A stretch of 64,000 nucleotides of DNA from Mobula hypostoma. Its lineage: Eukaryota. Each line of letters begins with the position of its first letter. Position 1 is the first letter of the stretch. The notes below the pieces were generated by a model. It saw only the letters and a program-made list of their open reading frames with translations, was not told the origin of the DNA and did no database searches. Of the stretch, positions 1 to 13,129 are shown one piece after another. The stretch covers positions 154,506,001 to 154,570,000 of the forward strand of contig NC_086097.1 in NCBI RefSeq assembly GCF_963921235.1, in the 5' to 3' direction. Made by a program: the position numbers and the translations under genes.

Positions 1-14
1 GTGTGGCTTCCTGT

Positions 15-3000
15 ATAGAACATAGAAAATAGAGTAGTACAGCACATTACAGGCCCTTCGGCCCATAATGTTGTGCCAAACCTCAAACCCTGCCTCCCAT
101 ATAACGCCCCACCTTAAATTCCTTCATATACCTGTCTAGTAGTCTCTTAAACTTCACGAATGTATCTGCCTCCACTACTGACTCAGGCAGTGCATTCCAC
201 GCACCAAATACTCTCTGAGTAAAAAACCTTCCTCTAATATCCCCCTTGAACTTCCCACCCCTTACCTTAAAGCCACATCCTCTTGTATTGAGCAGTGGTG
301 CCCTGGGGAAAAGGCGCTGGCTATCCACTCTATCTAATTATCTTGTACACCTCTATCATGTCTCCTCTCATCCTCCTTCTCTCCAAAGAGTAAAGCCCTA
401 GCTCCCTTAATCTCTGATCATAATCCATACTCCCTAAACCAGGCAGCATCTTGGTAAATCTCCTCTGTACCCTTTCCAATGCCTCCACATCCTTCCTATA
501 GTGAGGTGACCAGAACTGGACACAATACTCCATTTGTGGCCTAACCAGAGTTTTATAGAGCTGCATCATTACATCATGACTCTTAAACTCTATCCCCCGA
601 CTTATGAAAGCTAACACCCCATAAGCTTTCTTAACTACCCTATCTACCTGAGAGGCAACATTCAGGGATCTGTGGACATGTACCCCCAGATCCCTCTGCT
701 CCTCCACACTACCAAGTGTCCCGATATTTACCTTGTACTCTGCCTTGGACTTTGTCCTTCCAAAGTGTACCACCTCACCACTTCTCCAGGTTGAACTCCA
801 TCTGCCACTTCTCAGCCCACTTCTGCATCCTATCAATGTCTCTCTGCAATCTTCAACAATCCTCTACACTATCTACAACACCACCAACCTTTGTGTCGTC
901 TGCAATCTTGCCAACCCACCCTTCTACCCCCACATCCAGGTCATTAATAAAAATCACGAAAAGTAGAGGTCCCAGAACAGATCCTCGTGGGACACTGCTA
1001 GTCACAATCCTCCAATCTGAATGTACTCCCTCCACCATGACTCTCTGCCTTCTGCAGGCCAGCCAATTCTGAATCCACCTGGCCAAACTTCCCTGGATCC
1101 CATGCCTTCTGACTTTCTGAATAAGCCTACCGTGTGGAACCTTGTCAAATGCCTTATTAAAATCCATATAGATCACATCCACTGCACTACACTCATCTAT
1201 ATGCCTGGTCACCTCCTCAAAGAACTCTATCAGGCTTGTTAGACATGATCTGCCCTTCACAAAGCCATGCTGACTGTCCCTGATCAGACCATGATTCTCT
1301 AAATACCCATAGATCCTATCTCTAAGAATCTTTTCCAACAGCTTTCCCACCACAGATGTAAGGCCCACTGGTCTATAATCACCCAGACTATCCCTACTAC
1401 CTTTTTTGAACAAGGGGACAACATTCGCCTCCCTCCAATCCTCCGGTACCATTCCCGTGGGTAATGAGGACATAACGATCCTAGCCAGAGGCTCAGCAAT
1501 CTCTTCCCCCGCCTCGTGGAGCAGCCTGGGGAATATTCCATCATGTCCCGGGGACTTATCCGTCTTAATGTATTTTAACAACTCCAAATCCTCCTCTCCT
1601 TTAATATCAACATGCTCCAGAACACCAACCTCACTCATATTGTCCTCACCATCGTCAAGTTCCCTCTCATTGGTAAGTACCAAAGAGAAGTACTCATTGA
1701 GGACCTTGCTCACTTCCACAGCCTCCAGGCACATCTTCCCACCTTTATCTCTAATCGATCCTATCTTCACTCCTATCATCCATTTTTTCTTCACATAATT
1801 GAAGAATGTCTTGGGGTTTTCCTTTACCCTACTCGCCAAGGCCTTCTCATGCCCCCTTCTTGCTCTTCTCAGCCCCTTCTAAAGCTCCGTTCTTGCTTCC
1901 CTATATTCCTCAATAGACCCATCTGATCCTTGCTTCCTAAACCTCATGTATGCTGCCTTCTTCCACCTGACTAGATTTTCCACCTCACTTGTCACCCATG
2001 GTTCCGTCATCCTACCATTCTTTATCTTCCTCACGGGGACAAATTTATCCCTAACATTCTGCAAGAGATCTCTAAACATCGACCACATGTTCATAGTACA
2101 TTTCCCTGCAAAAACATCATCCCAATTAACACCCACAAGTTCTAGCCTTATAGCCTCATAATTTGCCCTTCCCCAGTTAAAAATTTTCCTGTCCTCTCTG
2201 ATTCTATCCTTTTCCATGATAATGCTAAAGGCCAGGGAGCGGTGGTCACTGTCCCCCAGATGCTCACCCACTGAGAGATCTGTGACCTGACCCGGTTCAG
2301 TACCTAGTACTAGATCTAGTACAGCATTCCCCCTAGTTGGCCTGTCCACATACTGTGACAGGAGTCCATCCTGGACACACTTAACAAATTCTGCCCCATC
2401 TAAACCCTTGGAACTAATCAGGTGCCAATCAATATTAGGGAAGTTAAAGTCACCCATGATAACAACCCTTCCAAAATCTGCCTCTCAATCTGCTCCTCTG
2501 TATCTCTGCTGCTACCAGGGGGCCTATAGAATACCCCCAGTAGAGTAACTGCTCCCTTCCTGTTCCTGACTTCCACCCATTTTGACTCAAAAGAGGATCC
2601 TGCTACATTACCCACCTTTTCTGTAGCTGTAATAGTATCCCTGACCAGTAATGCCACCCCTCCTCCCCTTTTTCCCCCCCTCTCTATCCCTTTTAAAGCA
2701 CTGAAATCCAGGAATATTGAGAATCTATTGCCCTGGTGCCAGCTAAGTCTCTGTAATGGCCACTACATCATAATTCCATGTACGTATCCAAGCTCTCAGT
2801 TCATCACCTTTGTTCCTGATGCTTCTTGCATTGAGGTACACACACTTCAGCCCTTCTACCTTACTGTCTTTACACCGTTTATTCTGCTTCTCTTTCCTCA
2901 AAGCCTCTCTGTATGTTAGATCTGGCTTTACTCCATGCACTTCTTTCACTGCTCTATCGCTCCAGGTCCCATCCCCCTTGCAAATTAGTTTAAACCCTCC

Positions 3001-3693
3001 TGAACTATGCTAGCAAACTTACCTGCAAGGATATTGCTCCCCCTCAAGTTCAGGTGCAACCCATCCAATCTGTACAGGTCCAATCTTCCCCAGAAGAGAT
3101 CCCAATGATCCAAAAATCTAAAACCCTGCTCCCTGCACCAACTCCTCAGCCACGCATTCAACTGCCATCTCCTCCAATTCTTACCATCTCTGTCACGTAG
3201 CACTGGCAGCAATCCTGAGAACGCCACCCTTGAGGTCCTGTTCTTCAGCCTTCTGCCTAGTTCCTGAAACTCACACTTCAGGATCTCATCCCTCTTCCTG
3301 CCGATGTCATTGGTACCAACATGTATCACGACTTCTGGTTGCTTTCCCTCTCGTGCCAGGATGTCGTGCACCTGGTCAGAGACATTCCGGACCCTGGCAC
3401 CCGGGAGGCAACAAACCATACAGGTGTCCTTCTCAAATCCACAAAATCTTCTGTCTGCTCCCCTGACTATAGAGTCTCCAATGATGACAGCTCTCCTCTT
3501 CTCCGTCCCACCCTTCTGCACCACCAGGTCAGACTCAGTGCCGGAGGCCCTGCCACCATGGCTCACACCTGGTCGGTCGTCCCTGCCAACAGTAACCAGG
3601 ACAGTAAACTTATTATTCAGGGGAATGGCTACAGGGGTGCTCTGCACTACCTGTCTGCTCACCTTCACTTTCCCCCCTCTGACTGTCACCCAA
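15..3693 (-). mobile_element. CR1-clade LINE, 5'-truncated within ORF1, frameshifted (ORF1 SGNH esterase; ORF2 APE endonuclease + RT)
   Basis: ORF 2985-3725 has GDSIVRG / HVGTND / DGLHLN esterase motifs. Fragments 2949..83 give [54 protein letters not shown] and LYSLERRRMRGD. The 3' tail is (TTCTATG)-like at 15-30. Confidence 0.95.
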
Positions 3694-4301
3694 CAGTGAG
3701 ATTGGCCGTAGACAGGGAGACTCATTTTCCAAACACCTACACTTCATCTGCCAAAAGAAACAGAATCTCCCAGTAGCCAGCCATTTCAATTCTACTTCCC
3801 ATTCCTGTTCTGACATGTTAGTACATGGTCTCCTCTGCTGCTGTGATGATGCCACACTCAAGTTGGAGGAGCAACACTTTATATTCTGTTTGGGTAGCCT
3901 CCAACCTGATGGCAAGAACAGCAATTTCTCAAACTTCCCTCTCTTTCACCATTCCCCATTCATGTTTTCCTTTCTCATCTTATCTCCTTACCTGCCCATC
4001 ATATCCTTCTGGTGCTCCTCCTCTTTCCCTTTCTTCTGCCCTCTCCTATCAGATTCCCCCTCCTCCAGCCCCTTATCTCTTTCACCAACCAGCTTCTTTA
4101 CTTCACCCCTCTCCCTCTCCCTTTTTCATCTATCACCTACCAGCTGTTACTTCTTCCTCCCTTCCTCCCACCTTCTTAACCTGATGTCTCATCCTATTTC
4201 CAGTCCTGATGAAGGGTCTCAGCCCAAAATGTCGACTATTTACTCTTTTCCCATAGATGCTACCTGGCGTGCTGAATTCCTCCAGCATTTTGTGTGTGTT
4301 G
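3694..4301 (+). mobile_element. Penelope-like element 3' part (GIY-YIG C-terminus + pLTR); its upstream part lies at 1-16, split off by the CR1
   Basis: Translates SEIGRRQGDSFSKHL...LPVASHFNS...HGLL...LKLEEQHFIFCLGSLQPDG, followed by a pyrimidine tract and a CCTGATGAAGGGTCTC pLTR end. Confidence 0.85.
4202..4237 (+). ncRNA. Degenerate minimal type I hammerhead ribozyme in the PLE end (probably inactive)
   Basis: AGTC-CTGATGA-AGGGTCTCAGCCC-AAAA-TGTC-GACT. Stems I and II are intact, but GAAA is AAAA and CGTC is TGTC. Confidence 0.65.
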
Positions 4302-4889
4302 CCCGACCAATTTTTAAGCTTTTGCCATTGCTTTTTCTTCTCAGCTGCGACTATCATCATCAGCTAATGGAACCTATACCAGCCAAGTGACATCACAAAA
4401 CGACAATCAGTTGAAGAACCATCTGAGATGCACCTGTTTTTCAACCAGCTGTGATTAGTAATTATGCATGGAGCCAAAGATATTTAAATCAGTTTATTCA
4501 TAGTGCAGTATGATTTCAAAAATAATGGATTTAGAGAGCAACAAGACTCTGAATGTCTACAGACTCATAGTAATCAGATGCTAATTATTCCTCCTTTCTG
4601 CATTTGACAACTTCTGCTATGCTGAGATGGCAAAGCCAGCCAAGGTATAGATGAGTATATAGACAGCAGTTAACCTGTTTTTGCCGATATAAATGGATTA
4701 CAGTGCACCCATTGTACGTACTGTATGAGTACTGGATGAATGCTATTTGCGTTGGGAGCCTGACACCTCTTTATTTATTTCAATAGGAAAGGCTGAAGCT
4801 TGGACTGTGTGTAATCAGTGTCATGAGGTTCCCAGCACGTGAACCAGCTATTCTTTGCGCACCACTGGGTCCTCCCACCCACATGGAAT

Positions 4890-5330
4890 GGTTTTAGAAC
4901 ATAACAGCACAGAGTCGAGTCCTTCAGCCATGATAGCTATGCCAATTGTAATGCCAATTTATACACTATCTCCCTCCATTCCCTGCCTGATCATACATCC
5001 ATCTAAATATCTCTTGAACGTTGCAATTGTATCTCTTCTACCATTTCTCCCTGGCAGTGCACTCCTGGCTACTGCCTTAAAGAAATTGCCTGTTAAACTT
5101 TCTTTAAACTTTCACCTTCTCAGTTTAAAGTTAAACCCTCATGTATCTGATATTCCCAGCCTGGGAAATAGATGCTGCTGTTCTTCCTTATGTATGCTTC
5201 TCATAATTTTATATCCTTTTAACGGGTTGGCACTCAGCCACTGACGTTCCAGAGATTCAATCCGAGATTGTCAAACCTCTCCTTACAGCTAATGCTCTTT
5301 AATCTAGGCATGGTCGGAGAGAACCTAATT
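4890..5330 (-). mobile_element. Old CR1 3' remnant
   Basis: Degenerate colinear similarity to bases 15-450 (AGAACATAACAGCACAG, CCTTCAGCC, CCTGGGAAATAGATGCTG). Confidence 0.6.
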
Positions 5331-5719
5331 ATTTAACAATTATCATTGTTGAATCAGGAGGTGGTTCTTTGTTCTTGTCCAATTGCCTACCACACCGGGA
5401 CCCAGTCGAGATCCTTGACCAACTTGGCAGCTGAGCCATTTCATTTGACAGTCAGCATTCTGCCTGTCAGGTTGAGGCTAGTGCCCAGACACAGACAGCA
5501 ATAGATGAAGGAAGCATTTAAACCAACTTGCCATGGTCCAAAAGCCTTAACGGAGTCAGGGATTTGGTGTTCTCATTTGATTGCACAGATAAATTCTATG
5601 TCTCTGTTAACTTAATGAATAAAGGTATTATATAAAGTGCTGATTGTTCCTATCTTGATACCATCATTTCAAATCTATGCCAACTTGGCATGAGGTAGGC
5701 AGCAATCTATTTGCAAACA

Positions 5720-5835
5720 TGGTTCTCTTGCTTATTACAGCAGTGACTATACCAAAAATATTTCATTTGCTGTAAGTGCTTTGAAATGCCTTGAAAGGAA
5801 CAAGAAAGGTGCTGAGTAAGTACAAGCCTTTCTCT
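5720..5835 (+). mobile_element. Ancient SINE tail (Deu/L2-tail type)
   Basis: ACAGCAGTGACTATAC...TTCATTTGCTGTAAGTGCTTTG...GAAAGGTGCT...CAAGCCTTTCT resembles L2-dependent SINE 3' ends, recalled from memory. Confidence 0.4.
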
Positions 5836-6356
5836 TTATTTATTGATGGTGGGTACACTGCAGACCTGGAACAAAACCTGGGTGAATTTGGTGACCATTC
5901 AAACGCAACACACATAGCAGTGTTCCAAGAAGACATCTTTGGCATGATCTGCAGCTTTTCTCAATGGCCATTATTGTCTCAGTAGTGACAGACACTCAGT
6001 GGACACTTTATTAGATACACCTGTACACCCACTCGTTAATGCAAACATCTAATCAGCCAATCATGTGGCAGCAACCCAATGCATAACAGCAAGCAGACAT
6101 GGTCAACAGGTTTGGCTGTTGTTCAGACCAAACAACAGAACAGGGGAAGGAATATGACCTCAGTGACTTTGACCATGGAATGATTCTTGGATCCAGTCTT
6201 GTTTGAGTATGTCAGAAAGTGCTGATCTCCTGGAATTTTCACACACAACAGCCTATAGAGTTCACACAGAAAATGGTGTGAAAAGCAAAAAAAAGATAAC
6301 CCAGTGAGTGGCAGTTCTGTGGCAAAAACACCCGGTTAATGGGAGATGTCATAGGA

Positions 6357-9053
6357 TAGTGGTTGCCAACCAGTCGATTGTGATTGACCGGTTGATCTTT
6401 GAGTAGATCCCGAAAAAAAAGAAAAATAAATACACAAATACATTATGCCTGATAAATCTTTTGATGCAAAAGCAAATTTTACCCCTAGAGCACATATGTG
6501 AGTCATTTTTAACCCACACTTAGTTGCTTTCCCTGGTTATTGTGTTACTCTTTTTCCACTGCCCAGTATTGTGCATCAGATGTGTGCTAACATCATGTGA
6601 CTATTGCCGCTGTCTGTTAAATTCCATGGAGCGTGGGAGAGCTTCGTTTATCTTAAACATAAACGAACAAACAGGCAAACTGTCCAATGGTGAAAGAAAA
6701 CAACACATGTGGGTAAAAATGACTCACTAATGCATTCATGACTTAACTAAAATTTGGTCAACTTTAATCGGTTTTGACTCTATTATGCTGCTATTTATAT
6801 TACGTCAGTTATGCAAAAGTTTGATCAGTTGTACTGCTCTTTCTTTCTTTCGAATTTTTTGCCTTTGATAGCGTGAATTCATGTTTAGCATTTCGGATAG
6901 TGTGCTAGTAATTAGCATTAATTTTAGTTTTTACTGAAAAGTTAGCGCCTCTCTTTCTCTTTCGATCTAGCTGTTGTATGTTTTTCAGTGTAGCTTGTGC
7001 TGCATCAAAGTGACCAATTAGATTAGCTAAGAGTACAGACTGTCGCAAACATCAATATATGGCACTCACTGGTGATATATACATCAAGTCCTAGTAGCTC
7101 TACTGCAAGGTAGCTAGCTAGCATGGTGGAGGCTCCACGAAAGAAGGCGAGAATGTACAAATTCCATCCAGAATGGGAAGAGGAATTTCTATTTACCTTG
7201 GCAAAAGACAAGTGTTTATGTATGTTGTGCCACCAAACACAAGCACTGACTAGAAGAGGGAATCTGGAGCGGCACCACAATATCAATCACCAGAAATTTA
7301 AAGACACCTACCCCCCAAATAGCGCAATCTGTACCAGGAAAGTTGAGGAGCTGAAATCGGGATTGAAGGCCCAGCAATCGTTTTTCACAAAACATGCTGC
7401 TCAAAATAAGGATCGACAAATGTTAAAGGACTTGTCACTCTGTGAATATCTTTCACTACAGTTCGATGAATACCCGGATGTAATGCAAACAACCCAGCTT
7501 GTTGTATTTGTCAGAATGGCTTTCTAGGATTTTACAACAAAGGAAGATTTCCTCACTCTTTTGCAATCAAAAGAAAGAACGAGAGGTGAGGGTATTTACA
7601 ATGAGTTTTAAAAAGTGTCCGTGAAAATGACATTCTCATTCGTAAACTGGTGGCAATTACTAGTGATGGGGCCCCAGCAATGCGTGGTGTGCGCGTTGGT
7701 TTTATAGCACTGTGCCATAATGACCCTGATTTTCCCGACTTCCTGAATTATCACTGTGTGATTCATCAGCAGGCCTTGGCTGGGAAGGTCCTAGACTTTT
7801 CTCATGTAGTGACACTGGTGGTCAAACTGATAAACTTGATTCGAGCAAAAGCGCTTCAGCACCGCTTATTCAAGGCGTTATTGGATGAGCTCGATGCCGC
7901 TTACAGAGACATACTTCTTCATGCTGATGTTCGGTGGTTGAGTCGCGGAAAAGTGCTGCAACAATTTGTTGACTTGCTGCCTGAGATAAAGACTTTTCTG
8001 TCGACAAGAAACAAGGAGCACAAGGAACTGTCAGATGATGCGTGGCTACTGGATTTAGGTTTCTGACAGACCTGACAGCTAAATTAAACACACTTAACAA
8101 CGAGCTCATGGGAAAAGACCAACACCTTACCCACATGATAAACGCAGTAAATGCGTTTAAGACCAAGCTCGGTGTTTGGATTTCAAATTTAAGGAACGGG
8201 AGGCTGACACACTTTCCCAACTTAGAGAAAAAGTTACAGGCCATCAAGGAAAAAAATACTTGTTGCCCTGAGCAGTGCTTACCTAGACAAACTGGCAATT
8301 GAGTTTTGGGGAGTTCAACATCATGAAAGATATTGCTGCATTTATTTCAAACCCATTTCTGCCAATCGATATAGAACAGATAGCAGCCAGATTCCAGCAA
8401 GTATTTGGTGTGCCAAGTGATATTGAAATGGAAACAATTGATTTGCAAAATGACCTCAATCAAGGGACGGTGACTTTTGGGGGCTTGTCACCAAGGAGAA
8501 GTTTCCTCATCTCACCACATGGGCACTAAAATTCAGTGCCTACTTCGGGTCAACTTATCTGTGTGAAATTGCATTTTCACAGATGAAAGTTATTAAATCT
8601 AAGTACAGGAGCTATCTTACTGACAGACACCTCACACACTGTCTCAGACTGGCTGTCTGTAGTTATGAGCCAATTTTCAGGTAACAAGCAGAAAGTATTC
8701 AGCCCTAGTCATCACACTGAGTGCAACAGTCAATTTTTATTCATTTATTTTTCATGTTGAAATAAAATTAAATAGTGAAACTTAGAATTAAAAGTATGAA
8801 GTATTGTAATATTCTTAAAGAAAGACAGCTATGGCCTGTTTGATATGCTAGTTACAGTGTTTTCTTGGTTAAATTAATTTGAAAGTTTGACAAAAGCATT
8901 TTATGTAATCCAAATACAATTAGCCCAAATAAAAGGCCTCAAGTTAGAAGTACAATCTGAGCTGTTTTTCTCTGAACAATTTAGTAGGTCGATCTCGCCT
9001 TTCACTAAGGCCAAGGTAGGGAATCTTGGGTTTAAAAAGGTTAGCGACCACTA
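6357..9053 (+). mobile_element. hAT DNA transposon (Buster/SPIN/Charlie-like), both ends present, transposase disrupted
   Basis: TIRs TAGTGGTTGCCAACC and GGTTAGCGACCACTA; perfect 8-bp TSD TCATAGGA at 6349-6356 and 9054-9061. Confidence 0.92.
7123..8720 (+). pseudogene. hAT transposase pseudogene (GTF2IRD2/SPIN-like)
   Basis: BED-like CxxC..HH, SLQFDE, QLVVFVR, ITSDGAPAM, HCVIHQQAL, VRWLSRGKVL and C-terminal FGSTYLCE. Contains stops, frameshifts and an apparent internal deletion near 7410. Confidence 0.88.
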
Positions 9054-9719
9054 TCATAGGAGAACGGTCAGACTGATTCAGGCTGACAGGAAGGTGACAG
9101 TAAGTCACACATTACAACAATGGTGTGCAGAAGAACATCTTTGATTGCACAACACATCTAACCTTGAGGTGGATGGGCTACAGCAGCAGAAGACTACGAA
9201 CATACCTTCAGTGGCCACTTTATGAGGTGCAGGAGGTACCTAATAAGGTGGCCACTGAGTGTATGTTCATAATGGTTTCAGACCACACAGTAAGGCTGAG
9301 ACAAACTCTGTAGTCATGCATTTAAATATGCTCCTGCAGCTGTGAAAAGGAATATCTGGTCCAGTGAAAGATAAATCCAATCCATGATTATTGGCTGCTG
9401 TTACACTTTAGTCCGCTGTTCATACGAGTTCCCAAAGGTATACTTACTCTCAAGACTAATTAAAATCAGTTACTAAGCTTGGCAAAGATAAGAAAATACT
9501 GATCAGATTGTCACTTTCCAACTTCTCATTACTAAATTGTTCCTTATTGCTAAGTTACCCAAGGGTTTTTGCAGATTGCTGCCTTTGTAAAGAGAAGAAA
9601 AATACGATGGAGTCATGGAGTGATAGAGCGTAGCAATAGGTTCTTCAGCCCTGAATCCATGCTAACCATCAACCACCATTACACTACCCTACTTTAAGCC
9701 TTCTTTAATCTTTACATTG

Positions 9720-10075
9720 CCACTAACTATTCTACCAGGTTCTACCACTCATCAACACAAAAAGGATAATTTGTAATGGTCAATTAACTTACCAACTTGC
9801 ACATTTTTATCATGTGGGAAGAAACTGGAGCACTGGAGGAAACCCAAGCAGTCACAGGGAGAATGTGCAAATTCCACACTGACAAGGTTGCTGCAGTTTC
9901 CTCCCACATGCTCAGGTTAGTAGGTTAATAGGTTACATGGGTGTATTTGTGTGGTTTGGGCTCAGTGGGTCTGGAGGACCTGTTACCGTGCTGAGCCTCT
10001 AAATAAATAAATGGATAAATAACACGAACAAACAATGCTGAAGATCAGGGTTGAATCAGGGTCACTGGAGCTGCA
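9720..10075 (-). mobile_element. HE1/V-SINE-like tRNA-derived SINE with an opposite-strand SINE fragment (~9886-10025) inside
   Basis: GGAGGAAACCCAAGCAGTCACAGGGAGAATGTGCAAATTCCACAC core; B-box-like GGTTGAATCAGGG. The + fragment runs GTTTCCTCCCACA...CCTGTTACCGTGCTG...(TAAA)n. Confidence 0.6.
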
Positions 10076-10309
10076 ACTAAATTCACACTTAAAGGGGTCA
10101 TTTTTAATTTGAGACATGCAATTGGTGGTTAGCTGGAGAACTGTGTCAAAACGCTATCCATTGTGAGACGTGAAGCTGAGCTATTTTGAGGTTCAGGCTT
10201 GTTCTATACAGTGCCAACAATGGCATGCACCAAACCAGAGTACAAAGGCAACGCATTAAGGAGGAATGGCAACTGGTGAAATGTATACACAGCCACCAGG
10301 ACTTGTAGC

Positions 10310-10720
10310 TTTAAAGTAAAAATAGGAAATGCTGGAAATGCTCAGCAAGTCAGACGGTATTTGTAAAGCTCCTGTAATTGCTGTGTTCTGCATTTCACAG
10401 TTTGAGCATTGTCTGCTTTTCCTCTGCCTTCATTTGCCTTTTGTATTTACAACTCTGCCAAAAAGATCAGCTGTGATTAACAAGCATTCACCACCTTTTG
10501 CATTTCTGTCGTCTAAACTTGCAAGGTCTCCACCCTATCACAGTCATTCCTTTTGTTCTCTCCACCTCTTTACTGTCTCAGCAACTTGAAACATGCCTTG
10601 ATTTCTCACTTCTCTAGTTCTGATGGAAGGTCACTGGCCCAAAACATTAAATCTCCATCTCTCTGTGGATACCGCCTGATTTATTGAATATATCCAGCAT
10701 TTTCTATTTTTATTTCTGCA
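10310..10720. mobile_element. Degenerate PLE ends in inverted arrangement
   Basis: Minus-strand end AAATGCTGGAAATGCTCAGCAAGTCAG; plus-strand end TTCTGATGGAAGGTCAC...CCAGCATTTTCTATTTTTATTTC. Confidence 0.5.
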
Positions 10721-12579
10721 GAGAAACTAGGTTAACACATCAGGTGACCTTCCCCATTACCTAGCATCATGTAGCTAAAAATAGTGTACATGAAAAGCGT
10801 TTCCAAGGAGTATTGCAGCTTCTGCTTCTGACCACATATAAAATTAAGTTAGAGTTAATTTTCTAGGGCAGCATTAAACATGAGTAAGCAAACTGGGTAT
10901 AATCCAGAACCCATTCAGATTCCTCAAAAATTACAATAATCATTAACTCTACATCTGAATGTTTTTACTTTACAATGCTGTTGTCCTCACTTCCTTGCAT
11001 GTTGGAGCTTCACCACTCATCTTAGGGCATTGAAAATTGTCAATAAATCTGCAATTTATAAATGCCTGGCATGCAAGTGAAACTAAAATATATTGACTTA
11101 ACAATCAAAATTTATCACAGTTTATTGACTTCTTCATAATGAGTTAACATAGTTCTATTTAAGCAACCATCTTCAACCTGCTAATAAATTGTTGATTACT
11201 TTTCTGAATTTTTCAAAAATTTTCTGATTTATTTATAGAGGTTGACTGATAAATTCAATAATTTAGAAGATTAGTTAATAAAATACCAAAAGCAGTGAAT
11301 AGGAATGTCAGTAGCTCACTTGCAACATGAGGGCTGATTCTGCAATACCAGGATTCTCCGGTCCACCCATCAAATAAGCAAAGCTCCATGACAGCAAAAC
11401 ACATTCAGAAAATTGCCTTGAAGTAGAGAATCTGCCCAGAATTTTCCAAAAAAACAAACTGTAGCTGGTGAGACTATTCCAGAAGCATAGAGACAAATAA
11501 ACATCCTATAATGGAAGAAATATCTGAGCTAATTTATATTCGAAAACAATTGGTAAATCCTTAAGATTAAAGTGATCCGCACATGCATGTAAGTGACTAA
11601 TCTCTCCTCTTCCCTAAGATAATTCCCACTTCCATCTTCATTTCCATGCCTACTTCAGCTCCATCCATTTCCCGATCTCTACCTCCATCACAGTTCCATT
11701 ATTACTACCAACTCCAATACTATGTCCTGCCTCATCACCACCCCGACCTTTACTTCCAATCCAATTTTATCACTACCCTAACCCAACCTACTATACAGCC
11801 ACTTCCCAGATCTTCATCTCCATTCTCAACCACAGACAGGAAGAATGTCACTGGATAAAAGAAGATTGCCTGCAAGTACCTTAATGGTTGTATTACATGT
11901 GGCCTGTTCCATGTGATCTATCATAAAATGTAATAAAAATACTTATTCCAGCCTCAGACAGAGGAAGGGCATCTCAAAGAAAGACCTTTCCAGATGCAGT
12001 TAAAGCTAGTGGTTTGACTGAGTCCTATTCAAATAATGTAGCATGCTGATTATAATATGACAACTTTTTTACAAATACCAGTCTGAGGCATCTCTATATT
12101 ATACTCAATAAAGTGATTTTAATTAATACATGTATGTAAACATAAGGCCTCTGTAAACCTTTACTGTACTGTGCATTTTTCATGTTATTGTGATATCATG
12201 AAAATTATGGATTAATGTAACAGAAAGAGAGATAACAGAGAGATGATGAGGGGAGGCACAGGAGAGAAGAATGTAAATGGAGACCAGTGGAGAGTGATAA
12301 TGGATTAGCTGGTTAACAGTGAGAAAGAAACTGAGGAATGCAGAAAGGCTGTGGATAGGAAGAAGGGAGTGGGTATATGGTAATGTAAAATTACTCTGGA
12401 TGTGTGGTTAAAGAATCAAAGGATGATGAGTAAATGAAGAACAAATAGTTGCAGGACTGACTACAGCGAAAAAGAAAATGGGAATGATATTGATGGGATT
12501 GATCTGCTGGGAGCTGGCATGGATGAAATAGGCTGCATAGTCTATTTCTATAAGAGGTAATGATGGAAAATTGAGAAGC

Positions 12580-12865
12580 TCCCATAACGGACTCAATTTT
12601 CAAGGACTCTTCATCTCATGTTCTCCATATTTATTGTTGGTTTGTTTGTTTGTTTATTTATATTATTTCTTTGTTATTGTGTTTGCACAGTTTGTTTTCT
12701 TTTGCACAATGATTGAACACCCAAGTTGCTGCAGTCTTTCATTGATTCTATTAAAGGTTATTATTCTATTATGGATTTATTGAGTATGCCCACAGGAAAA
12801 TGAATCTCAGAGTTGTATGTGGAGATGTTTATGTACTTTGATAAATAATTTACTTTAAGTTTGAA
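12580..12865 (+). mobile_element. Rex1/Babar-type 3' UTR fragment
   Basis: Near-copy of 28555-28828 (GGACTCA.TTTCAAGGACTCT...AAAATGAATCTCAG...TTTACTTT). Confidence 0.7.
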
Positions 12866-13129
12866 TGGTATGACAGCACAATTTTTCAAAGGGACAGGAG
12901 GTAATTAAAAATAATGGGAAGCATCTAACCTGGAGTATTTGAATTGAAAAGATATGAAAGCAACATAAGGTGACCCTTATGTAAATTAGGAGCAAAGACT
13001 GGGTGATTGAGATGGAAACTTAACTGCAGTGTCAGGCAGTTCAAACTAGGAGGACTGAGGGATGCCATTCGAAGATCACTAGGAATGAGTAAAATAGTCC
13101 TGTACTCCCTTAAATTTAATCAAACAAAG

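Larger units (their letters stand above)
5993..9261 (+). mobile_element. Tc1/mariner-derived non-autonomous element, interrupted by a hAT at 6357-9053
   Basis: Left TIR CACTCAGTGGACACTTTATTAGATAC and right TIR GTACCTAATAAGGTGGCCACTGAGTG followed by TA. Internal transposase N-terminal remnant (GACCTCAGTGACTTTGACCATGGAATGATT = DLSDFDHGMI). A second copy lies at 49308-51112. Confidence 0.8.

Noticed and set aside
716..2161. Plus-strand ORFs over CR1
   Set aside because: Antisense shadows of ORF2.
7123..8720. Host GTF2IRD2/EPM2AIP1-like gene
   Set aside because: Bounded by TIRs and a TSD, with stops and frameshifts, so it is a transposon.
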